Source of the DNA: the human T2T-CHM13v2.0 reference genome, Homo sapiens | Reading direction: 5' to 3' (one strand) | Assembly (NCBI RefSeq): GCF_009914755.1 | Contig: NC_060925.1 | DNA: 64,000 bases | Shown here: positions 15,301 to 31,901 of the stretch, in pieces | How positions within the stretch are numbered: the first letter of the stretch is position 1 | Layout of the letters: each line of letters opens with the position of its first letter | The notes under the pieces: generated by a model | What the model was told of the DNA's origin: nothing | The model's database searches: none | The model's input: the letters and a program-made list of their open reading frames with translations, nothing else | Program-made: the position numbers and the translations under genes

Positions 15301-16511
15301 CCCTTGACTGTATCTTTGGAACATCCTGTTCTATGCCTATGCTGACTAAACAGTCCTCTGATGTGTAATTTATTCTCCTGAGAGGGCCTATTTATCAAGA
15401 AGGAATATTCTGCACAGGTAAAAGGCCCTAACTCTTGAATCCAGCAAAGCTTCTGATATAAATTAGCATATTTTCATTCTGGTCTTGGTTAATATGAGTC
15501 TTTGACATTGGGTGAGCTGAGATTATTCAATTTCTGTGTCAGCAGAGCTTGAAAGAAACTTGGGTTCTGTGGTGAATTGCTGCTGTCCCCTGGAGAGGAC
15601 TGCTTCCTGCCCCACACCCACTGTGCCAGGACGACTACATCTTTTGGTCACCATGCGATGTACTGGGATGGGCTGAAGCATATCTGGGCTGGTATATGTG
15701 TCCATTGGTAGTTCTAGGCATAGTAGATAGATGTTTGGGATCATTATGAAGAAAGATGAAAACCAAGTTATCTTAAGAGCTGATTCCAGAATCCACATAG
15801 AAAGGAAACACTCCAACAGGAAAACACTGAAATATGCCACACTGGAAAGAAGGAGGTAACTGGTGGTTTAGGAGGTGTTAGGAGCCCAGGGGCAGCAAAG
15901 GAGAATCGCTGCAAAGCTTTGCCTGTACCAGGAGAGGATTTTACAGTGTGGGTGGACACCTCGTGTTCTATCAGAAGTGGTTTCTGTTTGTGTGGCAGGT
16001 AACCCTTCCACACATCTATCTCCCCACCCTCCACCCTCTGCTGTAAACTCTGCTACACTCACACATGCTTTGTGTGGCTGTGGGTTTGATAAAAGTTCAT
16101 GGAAGGAGCTAGTTGGTGCCCAGGCTGACACATGTAGAAGAGAGACTTCTAGAATCCACAGGAATTTTGGTCCCCATGTTTTCAAAGCCCATAGACCACT
16201 AAATAAGGGTTCAAAATGATTTTATGTTGATCTCAAAGGGGCCAGGAGACTGCCGTCTGAGTTGTATTTGATAAACATTAAGGACTCTGCCAGCTGTCAC
16301 TCATGCAGACAGAGATGGATCAGAGGCCTGGTGGAGATGACAGGAGGAGATGAGGATGATGACATGGCAGGCCGAGAGACTGGGGATACAGCATGAGGAG
16401 CTGAGGGATGAAGCTACCAACCTGACCTCCGTAAGAATCCTCATTCATCCAAAGTGTTCCCATCTAGACCTAACTCAGTCTGTTATTCCTTTGTCACTCA
16501 AAGCCATCTAG

Positions 16512-16883
<372 letters not shown>

Positions 16884-16954
16884 CCTTAGACTTTCGAGAT
16901 GGAACTTGGGAGGGAGGCAAGGAAGGGAACAAGCCACTGGCTCCAGCACCATAC

Positions 16955-17003
16955 CCGCAAACAGAGGTCCTGAATCAGAATCCTCCGTGACCTTCAGAAA
17001 AAT
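16955..17003 (-). CDS. ABCA4: ABCA4 exon 26 (49 nt)
   Basis: IFLKVTEDSDSGPLFA; cag|, |gtatgg. Confidence 0.97.
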
Positions 17004-17353
17004 CTGTCAAGAAGAAAAAAAGAGAGAATTTTGTTTAGTCATTCTTATTCTCAGAAAAATCTAACCCAAGCTCTGTTTTGTTGGGTATTGCTTCATAATG
17101 GGAAGAAAATCCATTACGACTCTATCTGAGAACATCATCTTCTATAAATACAAAAACGTAAGCACACAGTAACCACAAGTACATAAAATTTGTATGCATG
17201 CAGAGATGGGGGAACTATGCCAAAAATAAAGATAGTTGCTATGCTTGGGTGGGGAACGATGGCTTTTTGCTTTTACAAAACTTTGCTCTAATGTTAGACT
17301 TTTTCAAAGAACCGCCACTTCTGGCACTTGACAGAAACCAGCTGGAATCTCTA

Positions 17354-17638
<285 letters not shown>

Positions 17639-19900
17639 CTACTTCTCTCCACTTCCCCTTTGAAGAAGAGGTATTTTGTATCTCGGCAGTGACTCTTTCA
17701 GAGGACTGATGCTCCATCAAGTCTGCTTTTAGCTTAGTTGGCCCTGAGATCATCATTGAGAGGCAGAGGGAAACGGAAGCAAAGTCCTCCCGACTAGCTA
17801 GCTGTGCAACCTGGGGGCGGAGGTTGGTGGGGGGGTCATGCAACTTTCCTGTGCCCGTTCCTCCTCTGTTCAACGAAATGCTCTGTCCCCTCAAACTATG
17901 TTATGTTGGGTGGGTCACATTAGACTTTCCTCATCTGTGAAAAGGGGAAAATACTGGTATCCACTTCATTGTTGTTTTTGAGGACTGGATGAGTCAAACT
18001 ACACAAAGCAGTTAGAGAAATACCTGGCACATAGGTGAGTGCTGGCTGCTATTATTATCCTTTACATCATCTCGGTAAGAAATCTCTTACTCATGGTTGT
18101 TTTTCATTCTCATTCACTGAAAACTTGAGGGCTAAGTCAAAGTTGTTTTCATTTTTCTGGTCTGTCACCAGCTATGGGGGACTTGCCCAAGACACAAACC
18201 TGGAACCGGTGACCAAGCTGAGTGAGAAGTACCTTCCCTAAATCACACACACATGCCTACTCTAACTTCTCAGAAGATTGCACAGTTTCTCTTGGGATTG
18301 CACCTGCCTCCACAAACAAAACTGAATCCTCAGGTCACAGGAAATGCAGAGGGGGGGTTGAGAAGCCATGGAGAGAGGCTGGGGGAGAGGGTAGGATATG
18401 CGGTGCGTATCATAGACTGTGAACAAGTGTCAGGTATCAACTGTTTATCTGACACATGTATACAGTCAGAATTGAATTTTATGTACAAATGTGTATTACT
18501 TTAAAATTAAAAATCTAACTGTGAAAACCTCACTTGCATGCACTTGAAGAGAGAGTTCTCTCGCACATTGTCTTGAGAGGCAGGTCAAAGGGAGAGGGAT
18601 TCCAGGACTCAAAACATGACTCTTCAGAAAGCAGCTCTCAGAGTTGTGGACACCCAGTAGGTTCTTTTCTTTTTTTGTTGTTTAAAAAATGATCCATATG
18701 AAGGGATTTCATGGTTTTCAACCAAAATCCTTCTGCCTAGCCGGATTGGAAGTCTTGCTTTATGTCAAATCTGCAAGTTGGACTTGATTGTCTTTAGCTC
18801 TGAGATGACTTCATACGGAGGCTGGAGAGTCCTTTACGTTAAGGAAGCAGCTCTGCCCTAATAGCTCTCCAGGGGTCATATTCATTGTTCTTTTAGGAAG
18901 GAAATTGAACCCAAAGCTGCTGGATTCCCAGGAATTGTGTCTTAGGCATGTGTCAGCCTTTCCAGAAGTAGCTCTGTAGGTCAGCAGGGCTTTGGGCATC
19001 TGGGAGGGAGGTCTGTGAGTGTGTGTGTGGTATGTGGGTGTGTTTAAGTGAAAAGACTTTCAAGGAGCTAACTGGGGATTCAAATGATTTTCCCTTTCTT
19101 ATTTGGGGCATAACTATTTAGTGCATTTCCCACCATTCACAGCATCCCGATTCTATACAAAGAAAACCTTTATTTAGAAATAAAGTAATTTAAAAAAAAG
19201 AATCATTCAGCCATGCAGGCCCTGTTTCCAATCTGATTTTGGCAAATCACAGTAACTTAACATATTAGTATCAATTTAAAACAAATATAAACTTCTTGAC
19301 CAAGGTTCAGAGAGCAGGGAGATAGGTACCCACAGCAAGGCAGGCTAGGAGAAAGACCCAGAGATGTCATCCTAAAAAGATGTTTTCTGTTCATCACAGG
19401 GTCTCTCAGTGTAAAGAGAGGGCAGGTGCATGAACAGTGATGATGCCTCTCTGAGCATGTTCCCTCCAGTTGTAATGATCAGACAACGCAAATATTGCCC
19501 GGTTCTCTTGCTTCACCAGATTTCAGTTAGTAAATTCTTAACATTTGAAAAAGTTTGTGCTAAATAGAAAAATATGCCTTTTCTTTGATAAGCAGATACT
19601 TTCCCCATTCATTAACCTGCATCAGTACGTAAGTTTAGTTTTGCTCCTGTGTGGGAATACGCTTCTCACACATTCTCTCACATAGAGAGGGGATAGCCTC
19701 TCCACTGCAGCTCCTTGGAGATGGGGGCACCCCTGAGAGCTTCAGTGCATCCTAATTAAAGGGAGAATCACTGGGAAATTGGGAAGCTGAGGGGAGAATC
19801 AGGAGTATAACAGGGGTGTATGCTATTTCCAGACTTGCCATCCACATGTGCAATCTCTGACTCCACGAATTCACTGGAAGAGCCGTGCATCACCATGCTT

Positions 19901-19915
19901 CCACTAGAGGGCGCC
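19901..19915 (+). promoter_or_regulatory. CTCF core motif
   Basis: CCACTAGAGGGCGCC is a full match to CCASYAGRKGGCRS; binding is not shown. Confidence 0.7.
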
Positions 19916-20174
19916 ACGGCACACATGTAGAAGAAGCTCTCCCCAGACACTAAGGAATGTGGCCTGGAGCCAGGGCAGGGGGACCCCAGGAATGATGGCT
20001 TACTAAGGGTAAGAGCACAGAGTGTATTCCTCATTAAAGGGAGAGGGCCTTTAGGTGCATGACTTTTAAAATCCCTTTGGGAATGAAGGAAGAAGGAAGA
20101 GGAGAAAGAAGCTCAAAGCAAAAGAACAACTGTGTGACCTGCAGAAGTACCCAGTGTTCTCTTTGCTCCCATTA

Positions 20175-20417
<243 letters not shown>

Positions 20418-21267
20418 TCACCGCCCGCTTTATTTATTTCTCACTGCCAAGTGTAGTCAACACATTTTTTTCTTCACTGTTTAATCTGTTAATTCATCTG
20501 AGCATTTTGAGGGTGTAGTCGCTTGATTTTATCCTAGAGAGTGTGTGAGTCACACACAGAGAGGAGCAGAACCTCCAAGGGTCCCTTTGGCTTGTCATCA
20601 ATTATGTGGCAGCTGTAGGTTCTGCCTGTGGGAGACATTCTGTGCCTCCCTCCCCGTGGATGGACATAGGAAACCCCAGCGGCAGCCAGACACTTAAACC
20701 AGAGGCATAAATAATGCTGCCATATCATAATCATGACCATTTGAATGTGAGCAATGCCTGTTCTTAAGAAGCCCAGAGCACATTTATAATACTTTATCTC
20801 ACTTATCTTCACATCCCTAAGAAATAGAAGCAGAGGTCATTAGCTTCATGTTCCATGTGAAGAAGAAAAAAATACTAAAAAAAAGGAGGAATTAAATAAT
20901 TTGCCTAGGATGACACAGTTTGTTCACTTCGCAGCACAGACATAAAACTGGGTCTCCTGATGTGCTGAAGTGGTCTCTGCTGGTTGGTACTTTTTGCCTT
21001 CATCATTTTTATGTTATAGCACCCAAGGAGGCCTCTTCTTAGTTTTCACTTACCACTGAAATTCAGGTTTAATTAGGGAATATTAATGTTGAAATGAAGC
21101 TCAACCAATTGCTCTTAAAACAGCCTAACCTTACAGAATAAGACACTCACTTCTATGTTGCACCAAACCGCACCAAACTGGTGTGTAATCTGGCATGTAA
21201 TACTTGCAGACCATTTAAAGCTAGTTGTTTCATTTTGGCTAAAGCATCTCTGTAGGAGGAGGCTTCA

Positions 21268-21726
<459 letters not shown>

Positions 21727-22027
21727 CTAAAAAAAAAACCCAAGGGAACTAATTCAGCAGCAAATTCCAGCATATTAGGACAATAATAACTAACATTTCA
21801 TAGCTTCCTACATACTGTAAAGCATTGCCACACACAGTGTCTCTGTATCCAGCATAGGATCTGATTCAAATAAATCTCTATATTAGGGGCTCATGTATTA
21901 TGGTCAGCATCTAGGGAGTTTCATATGTACATTTTCTGGATCATTAAGCTCTGGATTTATACTCTTCATAAAGAACACACACGTGCATACTCTCACTAAC
22001 TGGAGATGTCATTAACAGAAAACAGCA

Positions 22028-22350
22028 GGCCGGGCACGGTGGCTCATGCCTGTAATCCCAGCACTTTGGGAGGACAAGGCGGGAGGATCACCTGAGGTCG
22101 GGAGATCGAGACCATCCTGGCTAACACGGTGAAACCCCGTCTCTACTAAAAATACAAAAACAATTAGCTAGGCGTGGTGGCGGGCACCTGTAGTCCCAGC
22201 TACTCAGGAGGCTGAGGCAGGAGAATGGCTCGAACCCAGGAGGCGGAGCTTGCAGTGAGTGGAGATTGCGCCACTGCACTCCAGCCTGCGCGACAGAGCG
22301 AGATTCTGTCTCAAAAAAAAAAAAAAAAAAAAAGAAAAGAAAGAAAGAAA
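22028..22350 (+). mobile_element. AluY-like, intron 22
   Basis: GAGATCGAGACCATCCTGGCTAACACGG and GAGCTTGCAG diagnostics; TSD-like AGAAAAYAGCA. Confidence 0.95.
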
Positions 22351-22926
22351 ATAGCAATGAGGATTTCAGGATGACAAACCCTCAGAGAAAGGCACGGGGC
22401 AACGCTGTGTGAGTAGAGCAAGGGGGAAAGCTCTGGCTTGACCACGGGGTTGAACCGTGCTGTTACCTCTATGGGCACTCAGCTCTGCTTGCTGTCTCTT
22501 CTGATCTGAGCCCCTTGTCTGAGAGGTGCCATGACAGAGGAGCCACTTCCATCTGTGGCCACCCTCTGGAGCACTGAATGCCCAGCAGGTCACCCTCACA
22601 CTGGTCCTGAGTGGTCATCTGACAGCTATGGAGCTTCTAGGTATGTTTGCAGGTGACCTGGGTCCCCATGGTCAGAGAAGACATTCACCTAGAGTAGCAT
22701 CCATTATTCCAGACAGAAGGGCTGCAGGTCAAGAGAATTTTCTAAAATATTTTGGGAAGTAGGTTGCATCATCAGTGATTCTCTGTTTATATTTGTAAAA
22801 ACCTCAGGAGGCTTTAGCTGGAACTTAGATTCACCAAGTCACTGATAAACCCCCTTCTGAGTGTAGTCATTGTGGTTCCTGTACTCAGCTACAAAATGGC
22901 AGGTGAGAGAGTGGGGACCACAGCTA

Positions 22927-23199
<273 letters not shown>

Positions 23200-23432
23200 T
23201 TAACCCAGCAGTGGTTTGGTGCTGCCTCTTAGATGTTTATAGCGTTCAAAGCCCTAATACTGTTCAGGCTTTGTAAATGCAGAAAGGGCAACCCTCACCT
23301 CCTCGGATCAGACCCTTTGAAGACTGTTCAAGCACATCAATCTCAGGACAAATAAAACCCAGGCTGCTGTGAGACAGTGCTCTGCAGGGAAAATGATCTG
23401 GGGGCTGCTCTTAGATTTTTGGTGTAACTTCA

Positions 23433-23789
<357 letters not shown>

Positions 23790-24192
23790 TCAAGATGCTC
23801 ACTGTGGTGGTGTTTATGATACAATACAAAAATAGCAGACCCTGCTTAAATATCTAATAAGAGGATGGCTTACATAGTTCATGCATACAATGGAATAATC
23901 TGTAAACATTAAATATTATTTTATAGAAGAATATGTAATGACATGAAAGATGTTCCTGATATCTTATGTTTAAAAAAGCAATCCTTTTTTTTGAAAAAAA
24001 AGTCAGGTTATAAAATTGTATGCATAGTTTTACTATTCTTTATCATTTTGAAGTATATGTGTTTATCTATCTATACATGTATAGGAGAAAGTTCTAAAAA
24101 ATTATATACCAATGTTATAACTCAGCGGTTATCTCTGAGTAGTGAAATTACAGGTGACTTTTATTTTCAATTTTTTGTTTACCTATATTTAC

Positions 24193-24346
24193 TTCCTCCC
24201 TCCTTCCCTTTCCTTCCTCCTTCCCCTTCCCTTTTCCTCCCTCCTGTTCCCTTCCTTCTCCCCTCCCTCCCTCCCTCGCTTCCTCCCTCCCTCCCTCCCT
24301 TCTTTCCTTCCTTCCTTCCTTCCTCCCTCCCTTCCTTTTTTTTCTT
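24193..24346. repeat. Pyrimidine-rich (CCTT/CCCT)n low-complexity tract
   Basis: ~150 nt of almost pure C/T on +. Confidence 0.95.
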
Positions 24347-24804
24347 TCACAATGACTATGCGTAGCTTCTTAGATAAGAAATAAAAGATATCTTATTGGG
24401 GAAAAAAAGTAACTGAAAAGCCCCCTGAAAAGTTTGCCTTTCAGGCCGTGGCTTCAACAGGAAAAAGGAACAATGGTTCTCCTGTCTTTGGTCCCAGAGA
24501 GGAAGTACTTCAGGGCTGCACAAGGGGCTCGGGGATCGATCAGCTGCTCTGTCAGAGCGAAGGCAGCCTCACCCTTCTGAGGGAGGAGCCCTCAGCTCTG
24601 AGCAGCAGAGGCAGAGTCCCATATTCTCAGGGACAATTCTCACTGCAAGTAGGACAAAGGACTTTAAACATAGGGGAAACCAAATAAGAGTCTGTATCTC
24701 TGCCTGTGCCCAGGCCTGGCACCCCTGAGCTGGGCTCTAGAGAAGTGTGCTGGGGGCAGAGGTGAGGAGAGGGGATGGGGCGGTCTCAGTTCCTGTGTCG
24801 CTTA

Positions 24805-24975
<171 letters not shown>

Positions 24976-26238
24976 TTAGCAACATGCCTTAGGAGGGCCA
25001 CCCCCACACCAGGTTCAGTGAGAACTCTCACAGATTCCTGCCTGGGGCTGTCAGTCAAACTCAAACCCCTATTAGCTGTGGGGCCCCCTTAGCACCAGTG
25101 TATACATCCAGGCCCTAATGCAGAGGGCCACCTCTGCCATCCTTCTCTGCTTCTACTTGTTTCATGGTGCTCCCAGGCCAACGCCGAGGGCCTTTGGGAT
25201 TCCCAGCCTCAAAATGTTCACGTGCAGTCACAGGTGTCCCCAGCTCAGCCATCACGGAGCCTGGTGTTGGAGAGGATCAATAAAAGGTGTTCGGTGCATG
25301 ACTCGAGGCGTTGCCTCCTGGGTGAGCAGTCATGGCTATTGAAAAGCCAGGTGTCATCATCATAAAGCCCGGGTAAGGTCTTGATGAAGGCCAGAACCCT
25401 AAGCAGTCCTAGGCATTTGCTGATTAATTGATCGAAGCCAGGCATGGGAATTACCACCACCAATATTAGCTTTGGATCCAAAACATAAAAAGCCTCAGAG
25501 CAATGGTGGGCTTTTTTTTTTTTTTTTTTTAAATGGGAACTATGACTCCCATGTCCTTAGGTTGTTGTAAGGCTTAAATGAGTTAATACACTTACAACAT
25601 TAGAACAGCGCCAGCATAAAGTAAAACTCAAAAATATTATTACTGTTAGTATTAAACATTGTTTTAACCCCTGGGGGAAGTTGCATGTCAGCAGCCGATG
25701 AAGTAATGTGTTTGCCTTTGCGGAGCCCTGGGGTCCTGGAATTTGCTTCCAGCTCTCTGACCATATCAGTTAGCATGGAGAGAAAGCAGATGGATGCAGG
25801 GCCGCCACACCCAGCTCTGTCCCTGAGTTCTGATACCATCTCAGGCTATCTGAACTTGTCCTGATGGAGAAGCCGAAATCTCCGCGATCAACCACTAGAG
25901 GGAAACAGAACCAATTAGAATGGCACCGGCCCCACATTCCATTCACACTGAACCGCCCTAGAGAACATTCCATCACAGGGTGTACACGCTGTTGTTCCTT
26001 CCTGGGGCTCTCCAAAGGACTTGAAGACTGTGTCACGTGGGTTCGCTGCCCCCTGCGAGGTCCGTGTCTGCTGCTCCTTGGGAAACCATGGCGGGCCGTG
26101 TTCTCCTCTCAGCAGATGGCGCTCGGGTCCCTTGGAGGAGAGTGGGGCGCCTGCGGAGCTGAGAGATCCGCGCAGAGCCCCTTTGCCTTCCCTGCCCTGA
26201 CCTTCTGTTACCAGGCGGTTACTCCACAAGCCCCTCTA

Positions 26239-26751
<513 letters not shown>

Positions 26752-27120
26752 TCACCACCATGGACTGTTGGGATGGGGGGAAAGACTCAAGGTGTGAGAA
26801 ACAAGAGGCAACTGTGGTGCCTGGCTTTTGCCCCCGCTGAGCCATGACAACTTGGTGGCTTCAGGAAAGTCACTTCAACTCTCTGAATGAATGTCCACTT
26901 CCCCGGCACACAAAAGGGGCAATAAACGTATTCTACCTCCCCATCAAGAGAATACATATTAGTGATCTTTGAATACTGCAGAAAGCTTTTACACATTTTT
27001 GGGGCCACAAATATTTGTCACTAAAATTTGTGGGAAAGAGTAGACAGCCGCTGATAGGGAAAGACTAAGCCAGGAAATGACAGGCTAGCATGGCAGCCAG
27101 CTTCTCTGCTGGAAGACTCA

Positions 27121-27339
<219 letters not shown>

Positions 27340-29070
27340 TTACATGGCCCCAGGGCTCTGTCTCCAGGCCCTTGTATTCTGCCTATAACGTCACCTGCCC
27401 CTGTGGCTTCGGCTATCACCGTTGCAAGGAAGACTCCAGAATAATAATAGTAATACTAGCATCAAACGTTTATACAGCACCTCCTATATGCCAGGCACTG
27501 CTTCGACTGCTTTACACAAATTACCTCAATGTACTCTTACAATGGTCCTAAGGGGTAGACATTTATTAGGCTCATTTCCATAGTCCAGGAAACCTTAGAC
27601 ACAGAGACATCAAGCGTCCTATTAAGGACACATAGGCATGAGTGGCAGAGTTGGGATTTGAACCCAGAGCCCATGCTTGTCAGAATGCACTCACTGTCTA
27701 TAGGGAGAGTTGGCCCCAAGCTCAACCTTGGTCCTAGGCCCTCATTGTCAACAGTCCACGGGGCATTTCCTCATGAATTTCTGGAAGCAGCTTAGGTTCT
27801 TCATCTTCCCAAAACAACATCTGCCTTCAGATTCTCCCATGACCTTTTCTGGACCGCCATTCTCTTAGTCACCTTGGCTTGAATCTTTGAGTTGACTTTG
27901 ACTAAGGCTTCTTGCTCCTCAGAACTCCCAGGTTTTCCAATAGGTGGGTAGGGCAGTCCACGCTTCCTCATCACCATCCCTCAAACCCCACTCCCCTCCT
28001 TCTTCCTCCCATGCCCCCTCCAGTGCAGACCCTCACCGAGTGCTCTCACTTCTCCCTGACCTCCCATCTATCCCTGCTTCATTTCACCCTATATGGCACA
28101 GCTTAATTTGTCATCTTAATACTGTAGCTCTAAGCATTTGTTTCCCTAGGGGGAAAAAGTCCACTGTTTCTTCTATCCGTGCCTCCTGGCCTTGCCTGCA
28201 ACTGAGGTGGAACCAGTCCCCAGCCTCCTGATTTGGCTTAGACTTTCCACTGTGGGAGGAGGATCTTGCCAGAGGCATGGTGTACTGCAGTCTAACTCTG
28301 GGAGGGGCTGCAGGTCTCTGGCTTTAGTTTTATGAAATGGCCCCTGGGGTGGGCTGGAGGGATAAAGGCCAGACCCTCTCCTGCCCTGTCAGGCAGAGCC
28401 CAGGGGCTGTGCTGCCTGTCTAAACCCAGAGCATTTTGGCCACAGAGAAATGCGTATGCTTAGGGAATGAAAAGCCTTGGGAGAAATACAGAACTAGTTT
28501 AAGAGAGAAGATGAGGGCAGCAAAAGCCAGGAAAACAAAACTTGTAAATCTGGGTCGTCAGTTTAGGGATTATTAGGTAACTTCCACTGTCAGGAAAGGC
28601 TTCTGATGGTTTCAATGAATGGCCTTCTAGATTTGTAAGCCGTAAGTGAAGTGTAGTCAGCTCCCCTGGAGTCTCTTTCCCCCTGGACACAGAAGCATTT
28701 ATTTTTGTCTTTCCTTATAGCTCATATCCGCTTTAAGTCCCAGTGACCAAAGTTATTGTTCTTGCTAAATCCTCGGAAGTCAGCACATTTGTGCAACTCA
28801 CTTGGGATTTGCCTAACAAGGGCACAGGCACACTACATAGTTGGTATTTGCTTTCTCCAGGAAATATGCGCTAATGTCTGGGCTGAACCATTCATTCCAC
28901 ACACATGCAGATGGACCTCTGAGAAGGGATCTGGTTTAACACTTGTCCACAGAGAGAGTCAGTTTCCTAGGCTTCTTTCCACCCTTGCCATGAGATGTTT
29001 TGCTCTGGCCCTCTGCAGTGCTTAGAGCCTTTTCCTCGCCTCTGCTGTGTATTCTTTATCGGGGTTTTAC

Positions 29071-29160
29071 CGTGTATTCCTTCTGGGTGCTCTGGATCCT
29101 CCGTTTCCTCTGTTAGGGGCTCGGTCTTTTCCAGGGCTCTTTCTTCTCTGGTTGAACACC
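29071..29160 (-). CDS. ABCA4: ABCA4 exon 18 (90 nt)
   Basis: (G)[29 protein letters not shown]; cag|, |gtaaaa. Confidence 0.97.
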
Positions 29161-29546
29161 CTGCACCAATCAGAAGCCAGTGTTACTCTACCACCGGGAG
29201 CTGAGAACGAGCAAAGGCAGGAAAGGAGGGGAGAGGTACAGGGAGCAAATGAGTTTCCTAGCCAGCCTTTGACCTGCTCTAGGACTGTGAGGTACTCAAG
29301 CCTGATCACACAATCTTTGCCAGAGGAAGATTTATAACAGGAGCTTCAGACTTGGAGAGTTTCACCTCCTCCTCTCAATGTGCCATGAGGAGCCCACAGT
29401 TTCAGAAACTGTGATTTTAAAAAAATTAAGAAAACCAGGTTTGAATTTGAAATGAGTTAATTTTCTTTAGCCCACCACTGGCACATTTTACTCCAATACA
29501 AAACATGTGAAAGTCATGGTGAACCTTGAGTAAAAGTCTATTCAGG

Positions 29547-29885
<339 letters not shown>

Positions 29886-30031
29886 CTACAGCTTGAATAT
29901 ATGGTTTACCTGAGAAATTCACCTAGATGGGCATTTAAGTATCTTGGAATTAACACCAGGGTTGAGCCTGGTGATGGTATTAATACAAGCCTGGACAAAT
30001 TGTGAAGTGTGGTATAAACACACGCATTGAA

Positions 30032-30053
30032 CACACACACACACACACACACA
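30032..30053. repeat. (CA)n microsatellite
   Basis: About 11 AC units. Confidence 0.9.
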
Positions 30054-31835
30054 AACAGACACTTTTTGGCAAACTTGGCATTTGGTTTAAAAAGATATCA
30101 GGACATCCTGGAAGGGGAAGAGGAGCAGAAGGGCCAGTCAGTCTGCCAGAGAGGAAGGCAGGGGCAGGAGGAAACCACTGTCACCAGGCATCCAAGGGCT
30201 CTCGGCCTCAAGTGCACATACAGGAGCAGGGCGAGATTTCTCAATGCAACAGCCACCCAGGGCCCCTCTGTCCCCCACCCTCTGAAAATGTGCAGGATGT
30301 GTGCTGGAGCAGCAGGTAGTGGGCCTGCTGGTCAGGGACCTGCTGCCTCTAGTACTGTTCTTCTATTTCTGCTTCCTGAAGGACTTTTGAATCTATGCCC
30401 CACAGTTCCTTTGATCACTTTACTAGCTATCAAACTGCACAAATAGGTAATGAAATAGCAAGAGGAAACATCCTCCTGAAGAGTTTAATCACTGGAATGA
30501 GTTCCTGCCAGGCAATGCATGTGCATGTTCCAGATTTTGTCCCAGGTGACCAATAGGGGAAGATACTGGATGTCTCCTGGGCTCCATTTTTTATTTTTTA
30601 ATCTGTGAAAGGAGGGAGGTTGGGTGGAGACACTCAGCTCTTTTCTGGTTTTAGAGAGTTTTAGAAATCCATTTCAGTCCAGCCTATGAGACAGGTGAAA
30701 AATATTTGCCTTCCGTTGGCAAACATATTTGTGATTCACTTTTGAAGGAGCATATTTTCCTTATGATTTCTTTTTTTCTTAAGAGGCAGAGTATCTGTTG
30801 GGATTGTAGAGAAAAATAAAATGCCCACAAGCCCTGTGTTGAAATTTTTCATTTATTATATGATAATTTTATTATAGTAAAAAATTAACAAGTTTACAGG
30901 TAGACAAGTCAATACAATGAAAAAATCCTGAGCTGTTAAAGTGTTGTTTGTTTGACCCAGTGAAAACAAAAGCAAAAAACAAAAGAAAAAAAGAAAAAAA
31001 AAGACTAATCCCCCAGAGAAAACAAACATCCATCTCAGTGCTTGCAGGATAAGTCCTGGCCCAGGCCCAATAATACAAAGTAAAGAATAGGTAGGTGAGC
31101 AACAAACAGATGGGAGAGTATTTCAGCTCTAGGGGAGTCCCCCGCTTTCACCCTGGAATTTCTTTGCTTTCTCAGACCTCACAAAAGAGTCTGTGCTTTT
31201 CCCTGCTTCTAGAACTTTCTCTAGCTAGGCCTCCTGTTTGGTTCAGTAGTAAAGGTGCCTTTTACCTAAGATGTGTTGTGGGCAAATGCCCTTTCAGCCT
31301 TTTTCCCCACCCCTAAGAAAGATCAACACCAGGAGAATCTGAGGTATTGCCCTGAAGATAACAGCTCTGCCTCAGCCCCAGGAGGAGTCTTCATCTTGGG
31401 AGAATAAACTAATTTATATTTTGAAAAGGCAGAGAAGAATAAAAAGGCACAAGGAAGGCAATGGGAGATGAATGCAAAGGTTCCTTCATGATTCCCTGGA
31501 TTTCTGCTTTATACTGAAAAGCTGCAAAAGTTCTTTGAACCCTGAAGTGGCTTGGCCTTTTTTAAATAGGGCAATTTAGTCTACTGGACAAGGTGTACAG
31601 GACCCAGGGCTTCATCCATGATCAGCCATTCATGATCACACAGGGCCCAGCAACTTGTGAAAGGTGGTCCCCCAGACGCTGCAATGCCCATCAAGGGGCA
31701 GAGCCCCAGGAGGCAGCTGACTCATCAGGAATCACACCGTTTACATAGAGGGCCACCTCTGTGATCCATATACATCTTGCACAGAGCCCAAGGAGTTGAT
31801 TTCAAACATTAAGATTTGTGTTTTAAAGGACTCAC

Positions 31836-31901
31836 CTTCACCGCCAAGCCAATACGACTCTTGTAGAAGAAAGTACCAAGGAAGTGGGGTTCCATAGTCT
31901 C
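31836..31901 (-). CDS. ABCA4: ABCA4 exon 17 (66 nt)
   Basis: Hand-translated (G)[21 protein letters not shown]; tag|, |gtgagt. Confidence 0.97.
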
